A DNA stretch of 64,000 nucleotides from Minisyncoccota bacterium (GTDB taxonomy: Bacteria > Patescibacteriota > Minisyncoccia > Phycocordibacterales > GWA1-40-21), in assembly GCA_041674925.1 (NCBI GenBank), contig JBAYUW010000001.1:5967-69966 (forward strand), written 5' to 3'. Both the position numbers and the translations under genes were made by a program. This document shows positions 41,723 through 49,630 of the stretch, piece after piece; the stretch's first letter is position 1, and the number at the start of each line of letters is the position of its first letter. The notes under the pieces are model-generated. The model ran no database searches. It saw only the letters and a program-made list of their open reading frames with translations, and was not told where the DNA came from.

Positions 41723-41730
41723 ATTTTGTT

Positions 41731-41814
41731 TGGTGCGCGGGAGAGGACTTGAACCTCCATGGGTCACCCCGCTTGCTCCTAAGGCAAGTGCGTCTACCAT
41801 TTCGCCACCCGCGC
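41731..41814 (-). tRNA. tRNA-Leu(UAG)
   Basis: The reverse complement is GCGCGGGTGGCGAAATGGTAGACGCACTTGCCTTAGGAGCAAGCGGGGTGACCCATGGAGGTTCAAGTCCTCTCCCGCGCACCA. It has a long variable arm, anticodon loop CUUAGGA and an encoded CCA. Confidence 0.9.
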
Positions 41815-41867
41815 ATACTTATTCATATGTCATCACGGATAATTTCTCGCCGTCGCTCGAAATTATG

Positions 41868-41940
41868 TCCGCCCAGTAGGGATCGAACCTACGACCTTAT
41901 CCTTAAGAGGGATCTGCTCTACCAGCTGAGCTATGGGCGG
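41868..41940 (-). tRNA. tRNA-Lys(CUU)
   Basis: The reverse complement is CCGCCCATAGCTCAGCTGGTAGAGCAGATCCCTCTTAAGGATAAGGTCGTAGGTTCGATCCCTACTGGGCGGA. Anticodon loop CUCUUAA. Confidence 0.88.
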
Positions 41941-42091
41941 ATGAGCTTTAAAAATAACAGAAAAAAGGAATAAAATCAATAGCGTTCTTTTTGTTGCAAA
42001 TGGTTATCTGAGTGATATAATTAAAATAATATCAAAAGCAAAGTCGAAATTACTCGTTTTTATAAATAATTTATTAATCAAAATATTATGA

Positions 42092-44044
42092 GTGAAGGAA
42101 TGCCATCGTCACCAACACCTGATTCAGAGGATGAATTACAGCCTGCCAGTCTGGCAGAAATCAGAGAGCTTGCGAGGGAGGCTGAAAGCAGATCGATTGG
42201 TAAAAACAGAAGAAGAACGTCTGTTGAGGAACCTGAAGAAGAAGAACCCACTCCAGTTGCTCCACCGATCACTGAACCAGTTGCTGAGGCTTCACCTGCT
42301 GCCCCAGAGACTGTTCCTGCTGCTCCGGTTACCCCCGGAACCAATTCCAGTTCCTCCCCCCACCCCTGAACCGACTCCTGAAAGTGTTCCAGAACCCAAA
42401 AAGTTAGCAAGACTACCAAAACAAGAAGCGCCAAAACCTAAGGGGCGTGTTATGGCCGATCCAGACGTCGTCGGTCGTGATCCATTGGTTGCTAAAGGTA
42501 TTAGGGATTTTAGTAAGACAGGAAAAGATGCATTAAAAAATAATCCTTTGATGGCTGATTCATTAAATGCTTTTAATAATACAAGTGAAAAACCAAAAGT
42601 TGAAGCAAAAAGAGCACCTGGAACTCCTCCACCACTACCAAACACACCTACAACACCAAAACCACCTGAGGCTGGTCCAAGAAGACCAGAAGTAACACCT
42701 GAGGCAGATCCACGTGTTATATTGAATTCACACAATCGTAGTTTTTTTGGTCGAATGTCTGAGGGGGCGAAAAATCTAGCGAGAAAAGCTTATGAAGGCT
42801 TGTATAAAATTCCATTAGTCAATCGAATTGTCGGTAAAATGGAAATTGCTTATCACCAATTTTGGGCGGATGAACATGAACAAAAAGCTAAAAGTTTTAA
42901 ACTGAAATTAGATACGATTGATCAGGAAATCGCAGCAATGAATGCTGCCAAAGATGAGACTGTCGCTCTTTATGAAAAATTAGAGGCTGGTAAAGTCCTA
43001 GGTAGTACTGAGGACAAAGAAAGTATGATAAGAAAAGCGGACGCGGAAATTAGCAAACTTTCAACTAAACGACAAGAACAAAATGATGAGTTCATAAAAT
43101 ACAATAGTCGAACAATTCGAAGTATTAGTGAACGTGATCGAGTAGCGGATAAATTGATCGACCGTTATCAAAGTAAACTAAAGCCAATCGAAGCTGAATT
43201 GGCTGGATTTAAAGACCTGCAGGCCGAATACTCCCTAGAGGCCAAAAAACTTGAAGCTGATAATGCAATACAAGAACAAACTTTTGTTGAGCTGGAACAG
43301 ACCAAAATAAGATTAAAAGAAAAGCTTACCGCTTTGGGTTATTCTGACAGAGAGGTTGCTAAAAAGCTTATGAATACTGAAGAAACGGTCACCAGGGGGC
43401 GTAATGAAATTCAAAAATCTAAGGATAACATGGCAAATAAACAGAGAGAAGTCGAGCAGGCGATTGCCGCGACACTTGAAAAAGTTAATCCATATAGACA
43501 AAAACGAGATGAATTTTTGCGCATTAAAGAGAACCGTCCAATCAAGATGAACCCTGCACCATCTAGACAACCAAAAGGATATTCTGGTCTGGATATGATA
43601 ACAGATAACTACGTATCGTCTGATGGTGAAAGAGTCGAGACCTCATCTACATCTACATCTGAGTCAGAGTCTGAGGTAGAACCAGAAGCAGTAGAGGTTG
43701 AAACACAGGAATCAGCAGAAACGAAAGAAAAGCAGCCGACTATCAAAGTTGGTACCCTGATCGAGATGTGGAATAATTTTCTTAAAACAATTGGAAATGA
43801 CCGTTGGACAAATGGAGAAGAAAAGATAAAAGATAAACTGATTGTCTTAAAAGACTTTCTAAATAAGAGAAAGTTAAGCAAGGATCAAGAACTTGACTGG
43901 GAGAATGTTCGAACAAATCTCAGGGGGTATTATTATAAGGATAAGAAATTACCTGTAGATAGTCTCAGTAGTTTTAATCGAAATCTTGAGAAATTTATTA
44001 CGGACAACAAAAATCCTAATATCATAAAAAATGACAAACGATAA
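42092..44044 (+). CDS. hypothetical Pro-rich / long coiled-coil protein; N-terminus probably encoded in the other frame from ATG 42088 (apparent +1 frameshift at C5 run 42332-42336)
   Basis: Two frames overlap. The frame from 42088 gives MSEGMPSSPTPDSEDEL...PAAPVTP. The other frame continues PPEPIPVPPPTPEPTPESVPEPKK, then about 330 aa of heptad-rich sequence, an acidic S/E stretch and a K-rich tail. No catalytic motif. Confidence 0.5.
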   Translation: MKECHRHQHLIQRMNYSLPVWQKSESLRGRLKADRLVKTEEERLLRNLKKKNPLQLLHRSLNQLLRLHLLPQRLFLLLRLPPEPIPVPPPTPEPTPESVPEPKKLARLPKQEAPKPKGRVMADPDVVGRDPLVAKGIRDFSKTGKDALKNNPLMADSLNAFNNTSEKPKVEAKRAPGTPPPLPNTPTTPKPPEAGPRRPEVTPEADPRVILNSHNRSFFGRMSEGAKNLARKAYEGLYKIPLVNRIVGKMEIAYHQFWADEHEQKAKSFKLKLDTIDQEIAAMNAAKDETVALYEKLEAGKVLGSTEDKESMIRKADAEISKLSTKRQEQNDEFIKYNSRTIRSISERDRVADKLIDRYQSKLKPIEAELAGFKDLQAEYSLEAKKLEADNAIQEQTFVELEQTKIRLKEKLTALGYSDREVAKKLMNTEETVTRGRNEIQKSKDNMANKQREVEQAIAATLEKVNPYRQKRDEFLRIKENRPIKMNPAPSRQPKGYSGLDMITDNYVSSDGERVETSSTSTSESESEVEPEAVEVETQESAETKEKQPTIKVGTLIEMWNNFLKTIGNDRWTNGEEKIKDKLIVLKDFLNKRKLSKDQELDWENVRTNLRGYYYKDKKLPVDSLSSFNRNLEKFITDNKNPNIIKNDKR

Positions 44045-44285
44045 AAAAACATTACAAGATGAGCTTGAGGCTTTGGAAGCAGAAGCGAAGAGGGTTAGTA
44101 AAAATATTGAGAGAAATAATTTAACAGCCAAAAAAGAGGCCAATGAAGTGATTGAGCGGGTGAATGAGAAGATTATTTCGATCGAAAAAGGTCTGACCGA
44201 TTTAGACAAAATCGAAGAAGAGGCGGGGGATGAACTAGACGCGGTGATTCTAGCGCAGGCTGAGGACCTAGCGACAGAAGAATAA
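44031..44285 (+). CDS. hypothetical small acidic coiled-coil protein
   Basis: 84 aa, E/K/L-rich heptads (LQDELEALEAEAKRVSKNIE...). Overlaps the upstream stop by 14 nt. Ends 2 nt before the tRNA-Leu 3' end. Confidence 0.45.
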   Translation: MTNDKKTLQDELEALEAEAKRVSKNIERNNLTAKKEANEVIERVNEKIISIEKGLTDLDKIEEEAGDELDAVILAQAEDLATEE

Positions 44286-44287
44286 TG

Positions 44288-44369
44288 TGCCCGGAGTGGG
44301 AATCGAACCCACATCCCTTTCGAGACACGATTTTAAGTCGTGCGCGTATACCAGTTCCGCCATCCGGGC
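44288..44369 (-). tRNA. tRNA-Leu(UAA)
   Basis: The reverse complement is GCCCGGATGGCGGAACTGGTATACGCGCACGACTTAAAATCGTGTCTCGAAAGGGATGTGGGTTCGATTCCCACTCCGGGCA. Anticodon loop CUUAAAA, uninterrupted, with a long variable arm. Confidence 0.9.
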
Positions 44370-44394
44370 ATATTTAATTTTCAAACGACCGCTG

Positions 44395-44468
44395 AGGCTC
44401 AGGCCGGGTTTGAACCGGCGCATAACAGTTTTGCAGACTGTCGCGTTAACCAACTTCGCCACTGAGCC
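44395..44468 (-). tRNA. tRNA-Cys(GCA)
   Basis: The reverse complement is GGCTCAGTGGCGAAGTTGGTTAACGCGACAGTCTGCAAAACTGTTATGCGCCGGTTCAAACCCGGCCTGAGCCT. Anticodon loop CUGCAAA. Confidence 0.88.
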
Positions 44469-44471
44469 GTA

Positions 44472-45188
44472 TTACCCATGCCTCTTCATTATTTCGACTA
44501 TTTTGTTCGATAACCTATCTGGCCGTACAGATAAATACTCTTTAAACTTATTGTATTTTCTCCTTGTAAATAATCTCCCCTGGACATTATTATACATAAA
44601 TTCGAATAATTTAACAGTGTCATTTGTACCATAGCGTAATTGATAAGATCTGTGACTTTTATAGATTCTAAATTTAGTATCTGTAACTTTTGTTAGTACC
44701 TTACCTAATCCGTTTAAAAAATCCTTGCTTCCACTGGTAATTGCGACCAGAAGTCTTTTGTACATTAACCTACCATTTTTATCTTGCGATTTTTCTAGAT
44801 AGATACAACCATCACCATCAAAATAACCTCTAATAAAATGGTGAATTACTGGTTTTGGTATTTTTGGGAAAATCATTGTGAATGTTTTATTTGGGTATAA
44901 ACCAAGTTTATTTAATCGATTAAACAATTTATGGCTACCTATTCGCAGTATATACCTTATCTTTCTAGCGCTTGTTATTGGCGGTAAAATAACAATTTTA
45001 TGTTTAGAACCCATAAGCCTCTTGAATAGATAAATTCTGTCCTTATCAATACTAGTAATCGATATGTATTTTGCTCTTATATCTTTACAATCAGATAGGC
45101 AACCGTCGGCATATAAGTATCCCAGTATATAGGCCATTTCAGGTTTCCAGATATTGAAGAACTTCTCATTGATTTTATGTTTTGACAC
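44472..45188 (-). CDS. LAGLIDADG family homing endonuclease (two-motif, free-standing)
   Basis: Two dodecapeptide motifs, AYILGYLYADGCL and IRGYFDGDGCIYL, about 100 aa apart. The stop codon lies 3 nt from the tRNA-Cys 5' end. Confidence 0.85.
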   Translation of the reverse strand: MSKHKINEKFFNIWKPEMAYILGYLYADGCLSDCKDIRAKYISITSIDKDRIYLFKRLMGSKHKIVILPPITSARKIRYILRIGSHKLFNRLNKLGLYPNKTFTMIFPKIPKPVIHHFIRGYFDGDGCIYLEKSQDKNGRLMYKRLLVAITSGSKDFLNGLGKVLTKVTDTKFRIYKSHRSYQLRYGTNDTVKLFEFMYNNVQGRLFTRRKYNKFKEYLSVRPDRLSNKIVEIMKRHG

Positions 45189-45238
45189 TTATATATTATA
45201 AGTGGTAAGAATGTATTCTGCAAGTCTTCTCAAGCAAA

Positions 45239-45568
45239 CTAATTTTTTATTGTGATTTCGTCAATTCTTTGTCGGTGTTTTTCCCCTCGATCAATATCGA
45301 AATGAAAAAAGGGCATTCGGCCAATTTTCACCTTTTTGCCGAGGAATTCGCGGAACTCACTCAGTTGTCGACGAGCAAACTCAAGAGCCGCTTCCTGTTT
45401 GCTTTCTGGTAAGACGGTAAAAAGAATGGTGGCCTCTTTAGCATCTGTGGAAATTTTAACGTCGGTGACCGTGATCAAAGAATTACCGTTGGATTCTCTC
45501 TGCAAGAATTCCGCCGCCCATTTCTTGATCTGATCTTTTAATTTTTCATCTCTAAATGTTGTAGTCAT
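45239..45568 (-). CDS. rbfA: ribosome-binding factor A
   Basis: LITVTDVKISTDAKEATILFTV..., a KH-like fold of 109 aa, immediately downstream of infB as is usual. Confidence 0.85.
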   Translation of the reverse strand: MTTTFRDEKLKDQIKKWAAEFLQRESNGNSLITVTDVKISTDAKEATILFTVLPESKQEAALEFARRQLSEFREFLGKKVKIGRMPFFHFDIDRGEKHRQRIDEITIKN

Positions 45569-45576
45569 ATTTTAAA

Positions 45577-47067
45577 TTATTTTTGAGTGATTTTATAAGC
45601 CTCGAATTTGTCACCCGGGGCGGGGACAATAGCACTTTGCAACTGACAGCCGAATTCAACTCCTGAGCGCACCTCGCTCGTCTTTTCTTTTTGCTGTTGT
45701 AATTCACGAATCTTACCTCGACCAATTTCTTTTTCTTGACGCATAATTTTTACTTCATCACCAACTTTAATTTCACCTTCTTCGACTCTAGCCCCAATCA
45801 CATTTTTATCTTTGGTGGCACTAAAAAATTTCAAAACTTTCGCTCTCCCCGTCATCTCCTCGACAGCAATTTTTGGCGTTTTGCTCTCCGCCATTTCCAC
45901 CAGCCATTCTGTAAGTTTATAAATAATATCAAATATTTTTACGTTGATGCCAGATTTCTCGGCGGATGCTTGCGCTTGATGATCAATCTTAACATTGAAT
46001 CCAAGAATTAGAGAATCTGGTCGGCCCGCCAGCATTTGCACATCATTGTCGGTAATATCGCCGACTCCAAAATTGACGATTTTGACTTTCATTCTCTCGC
46101 TCTTAATTTTTTCTAATTCATGTTCAATCCCTTCAATCGAACCAGACACATCAGCTTTAATGATGACATTGATCACGCCAGTATTTTCCGCTAATTCTTC
46201 TGTCAGACATTTGGTAATTTTTGGTTCCTGATATTTAGTAATATATTCTAAAGCTGATTCTTTTTCATCAAAAGCCAAAAATTTATTACCGACCTTGGGT
46301 AGGGAATCAAAACCGATAATTCTGATCGGCGAGGAAAAAGTCGCTTCAGTAATTTTTTTCCCTAGAAAATTTTCCATTATTCTAGTTGGAGCAATAGTTT
46401 TACCACATGCCACAAACATACCATTCTTAATTGAACCATCCTTTATAATCATTGTCGCCGAAATACCTTTTTGTTTGTCGAGGTTGGCCTCAATGATGAC
46501 CCCCTCAGCAGCTCTTTCTGGTGAGCCTTTTAGTTCTTCAATTTCGGCCACCAAGAGCATCAAATCAAGCAAATCACTGACTCCAGCTCCGGTCTTGGCC
46601 GAGATAGGCACAAAAGGAATATTGCCACCATAGCCCTCGAGATAAATTTCATTTTCGGCCAGATTTATTTTAGTCTTTTCAATATCTGCTCCGGGTTTGT
46701 CGATCTTATTAATTGCCACAATGAAGGGGGTCTGGCTCTCTTGAATACACTTCAAAGCTTCGATAGTTTGCTTTTTTACGCCATCTTCGGCAGAAACCAC
46801 CAGCACCGCAATATCTGCGACACTCGCGCCACGTTGACGAATTTTAGCAAAACTCTCGTGTCCTGGGGTGTCCAAAAAGGTTATCTTTTTTCCACCATGA
46901 ACTACTTCATAGGCTGATATTTTTTGAGTAATACCGCCGGCTTCTTTGTCCACAATATTTGTCTTACGAATGTAATCTAGGAGAGTACTTTTACCATGAT
47001 CAATATGCCCCATGATACAAATCACGGGTGGACGCTCGATCTGCTTTTGTGCGTTCGCTTTTTCCAT
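45577..47067 (-). CDS. infB: translation initiation factor IF-2 (minimal form lacking the N-terminal region)
   Basis: RPPVICIMGHIDHGKSTLLD, DTPGHESF, NKIDK, SAKTG, then domains II-C2 (VIIKADVSGSIEGI, and VGDITDNDV with similarity to the GAISESDV motif). Confidence 0.93.
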   Translation of the reverse strand: MEKANAQKQIERPPVICIMGHIDHGKSTLLDYIRKTNIVDKEAGGITQKISAYEVVHGGKKITFLDTPGHESFAKIRQRGASVADIAVLVVSAEDGVKKQTIEALKCIQESQTPFIVAINKIDKPGADIEKTKINLAENEIYLEGYGGNIPFVPISAKTGAGVSDLLDLMLLVAEIEELKGSPERAAEGVIIEANLDKQKGISATMIIKDGSIKNGMFVACGKTIAPTRIMENFLGKKITEATFSSPIRIIGFDSLPKVGNKFLAFDEKESALEYITKYQEPKITKCLTEELAENTGVINVIIKADVSGSIEGIEHELEKIKSERMKVKIVNFGVGDITDNDVQMLAGRPDSLILGFNVKIDHQAQASAEKSGINVKIFDIIYKLTEWLVEMAESKTPKIAVEEMTGRAKVLKFFSATKDKNVIGARVEEGEIKVGDEVKIMRQEKEIGRGKIRELQQQKEKTSEVRSGVEFGCQLQSAIVPAPGDKFEAYKITQK

Positions 47068-47084
47068 ATAAAAATGTAAAAAAT

Positions 47085-47555
47085 TTATTTTTCATCGATC
47101 GATCCTTGAGCTTTGTTTAGAGCTTCTTTTTCTTCGGCGGTTAATTCTCCTTGTTCCGATATCATATTTTTGATCGGTTTGGAAAAGACACTGACATGAT
47201 CACGAGAATACATACTTGAGATGACGACACCATTCTTTTCTTCATTAAGGAAAGCTGTGGCGAAACTTTGATTACCACCCGAACCATCACCCTTGAAAGG
47301 ATTAAATCTGATTGTCTCAACCCCAGACACAGTCTTCTTTAAACGGGCATCATGATTTTGAAAAGTCTTTTCCGCTAAAGCTTTAAATTTTTTCAAGTCA
47401 GCGATTTCTTTCTCAAGCAAGGCAAAAGATTCATCTAGATTTTTTGTCTTACCGACGAGTAATTCTCCCAGTTTATTTTGTAGCCAAATGACCCAAATAA
47501 AGAGAATAACTATGACCAGCGCCAAGGCGCCTAAGATGTATATTTCAAACTCCAT
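47085..47555 (-). CDS. DUF4446-like membrane-anchored protein
   Basis: N-terminal TM, a coiled coil, then RFNPFKGDGSGGNQSFATAFLNEEKNGVVISSMYSRD, which is characteristic of DUF4446. Confidence 0.65.
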   Translation of the reverse strand: MEFEIYILGALALVIVILFIWVIWLQNKLGELLVGKTKNLDESFALLEKEIADLKKFKALAEKTFQNHDARLKKTVSGVETIRFNPFKGDGSGGNQSFATAFLNEEKNGVVISSMYSRDHVSVFSKPIKNMISEQGELTAEEKEALNKAQGSIDEK

Positions 47556-47622
47556 ACAATTAAGGATTATACAGTATTTGACAGGATTTGCAAAGGTGCA
47601 AACTTTTATATATGATGCGGTA

Positions 47623-48810
47623 ATGAAGAAGACAATTTATCTAGACAATGCTTCAACCACCCCAGTCAGACCGGAGGTGATTTCGGCTATGAAGCCTTGT
47701 TGGGGCCAAAATTTCGGCAATCCGAGCTCAATAACCAAGATGGGGGTCTTGGCCAAGCAAGCGATCGAAAAAGCTAGGCAAACGGTCGCCGAAGTGTTAA
47801 TGAGAAGGCCAAATGAGATTATTTTCACTTCTGGGGGCACGGAGTCTAATAATTTAGCCATTTTGGGACTAGTAAAATCTTTAGAAAAAAGCGGTCAGAA
47901 GATCTCTGATTTGCATTTTATTACTACTAATGTTGAACATAGCTCCATTACTGAATGTTTTAAAGATCTAGAAAATCGGGGAGCGAAAGTGGACTATTTG
48001 AAAGTTAAAGAAAATGGAATTGTTGATCCGTCGGATTTAAGAAAGTTAATTAAACCCAATACTGTTTTAGTTTCGATCGGATATGCTAATAATGAAATTG
48101 GAACAATTCAACCAATTCGAGAATTAGCGAAAGAAATTAGACATGCCCGAAAAAATAATAAAATTTCAGATGAGTTTCCACTTTTTCATACCGATGCCAG
48201 TCAGGCTGGATTATGGCTTGACCTAAATGTAAACCAGTTGGGTGTGGACTTGATGACTTTGGATGCGCAAAAAATGAACGGACCAAAAGGGATTGCTGTT
48301 TTGTTTGTCCGAGCTGGTGTGAATTTGTCACCAATTATTCTGGGAGGTGGCCAAGAAAAAAGTTTACGATCGGGGACAGAAAATGTGCCACTGATTGTCG
48401 GCTTGGCGAAAACTTTTGAACTAGCAAGAAAAAACCTCGCGAAGAAAAATGAAAAGGTAAAAAAAGTTCGTGATTATTTTTGGCAAAAAATTCAGAAAGA
48501 AATTCCCGAAGCTATTTTAAACGGTGATTTGGAAAATAGATTGCCAAATAATTTAAATATCTCTATTAAAGACATAAACTCAGAATTCTTGGTTTTGGGT
48601 TTGGATGAAGAAGGGATAGTTTGTTCGACTAAAAGCTCGTGCGAACGTGACGCTGAAGAGTCTTTTGTGGTCCGCGCTTTGGGTGGAGCTGAGTGGCGAG
48701 CGAGGACAAGTTTACGTTTTTCTTTAAGTGAAGACGTTACAAAGAAAGACATTGATTTTATTTTGAAAAAGTTTTATACTATATATTATGGATATGGAAA
48801 AACTCACTAA
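47623..48810 (+). CDS. cysteine desulfurase (NifS/IscS class V aminotransferase)
   Basis: IYLDNASTTP, FTSGGTESNN, HTDASQA, DAQKMNGPKG (PLP Lys) and RSGTENV. The ORF is open from 47488 but the homologous N-terminus starts at ATG 47623. Confidence 0.88.
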   Translation: MKKTIYLDNASTTPVRPEVISAMKPCWGQNFGNPSSITKMGVLAKQAIEKARQTVAEVLMRRPNEIIFTSGGTESNNLAILGLVKSLEKSGQKISDLHFITTNVEHSSITECFKDLENRGAKVDYLKVKENGIVDPSDLRKLIKPNTVLVSIGYANNEIGTIQPIRELAKEIRHARKNNKISDEFPLFHTDASQAGLWLDLNVNQLGVDLMTLDAQKMNGPKGIAVLFVRAGVNLSPIILGGGQEKSLRSGTENVPLIVGLAKTFELARKNLAKKNEKVKKVRDYFWQKIQKEIPEAILNGDLENRLPNNLNISIKDINSEFLVLGLDEEGIVCSTKSSCERDAEESFVVRALGGAEWRARTSLRFSLSEDVTKKDIDFILKKFYTIYYGYGKTH

Positions 48811-49630
48811 ACAGCAGATCGTCCTAGTCACCTTACTCGTGAGCTTTGTGACGTCTATTGCAACCGGAATTGTGACCGTGGCTTTGATGGATCAAGCGCC
48901 ACCAGGAGTGACCCAGACTATTAATCGAGTCGTAGAAAGAACGGTGGAAAAAGTGGTCACCGAACCGGCCAACAACACCGCCGCGGTTGTTACCCGTGAG
49001 ACGATTGTGGTGAAAGAGGATGACAAGATTGTCGAATCGGTTGATAAAAATAAAAATAGTATAGTGAGGATTTATACCAAACCTGAAGGCGATACCCCGA
49101 CTGTTTTTGTCGGACTTGGCACTATTGTTTCAAAAGATGGTCTGATCGTCACTGGCGATGTGTTTTCCGATGTCCGTGGAAAATATACTGTCTCTTTAAA
49201 TAATAATTTTTATAACGTGACTGTTTTGCCGCAGAAAAAAGATGGGCAGTTTTATTTTCTAAAAGTTAATCAAGACGAAAAGGCGCCAGTCGCATTTACC
49301 CCGGTTACTTTTTCAGATTCTAATAGTTTGAAATTGGGTCAGACGGTGATTGCTTGGGGCGGAGCGACGCAAAATGCCGTTTCGACTGGAATTATTTCTA
49401 GCTTGGTTGATGTCGCTAGTACGACTGCTACTACCACCGCCTCAACTCGAGAAATAATGGCTATGTCTACTAATATCAATCTAGCGGATAGTATTGCTGG
49501 TGGGCCATTATTGAATCTCTACGGTGAAGTCGTCGGTTTGCGCGTCAGCCCCAGCCTTTCTGGTCAACACAATTTTTTGCCTGCTAATATTTTAAAACCT
49601 GAAATTACCAGTTATGCCTCCGTTCAATAA
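48788..49630 (+). CDS. membrane-anchored trypsin-like (S1C/HtrA-fold) protein lacking the catalytic triad
   Basis: TM helix, then the chymotrypsin-fold pattern SIVRIY...GLGTIVSKDGLIVTGDVF...LKLGQTVIAWG...STGIIS...DSIAGGPLLNLYGEVVGL. His (TNxHV to TGDVF) and Ser (GNSGGP to DSIAGGP) are both replaced. Confidence 0.6.
   Translation: MDMEKLTKQQIVLVTLLVSFVTSIATGIVTVALMDQAPPGVTQTINRVVERTVEKVVTEPANNTAAVVTRETIVVKEDDKIVESVDKNKNSIVRIYTKPEGDTPTVFVGLGTIVSKDGLIVTGDVFSDVRGKYTVSLNNNFYNVTVLPQKKDGQFYFLKVNQDEKAPVAFTPVTFSDSNSLKLGQTVIAWGGATQNAVSTGIISSLVDVASTTATTTASTREIMAMSTNINLADSIAGGPLLNLYGEVVGLRVSPSLSGQHNFLPANILKPEITSYASVQ

Noticed and set aside
41749-41973. 74-aa plus-strand ORF
   Set aside because: It is composed of the antisense of tRNA-Leu(UAG) and tRNA-Lys.
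42078-42735. Minus-strand ORFs of 118 aa and 147 aa opposite the Pro-rich region
   Set aside because: The GC-rich CCN/GGN repeats keep all frames open. The plus-strand reading gives a coherent Pro-rich to coiled-coil protein.
44288-44369. Possible group I intron in tRNA-Leu(UAA), prompted by the adjacent LAGLIDADG gene
   Set aside because: The anticodon loop CUUAAAA is uninterrupted and the tRNA folds as a normal 82-nt type II cloverleaf.
44268-44634. ORFs 44268-44462 (-) and 44287-44634 (+)
   Set aside because: They overlap tRNA-Leu(UAA) and tRNA-Cys, and the plus ORF also overlaps the antisense of the LAGLIDADG gene.
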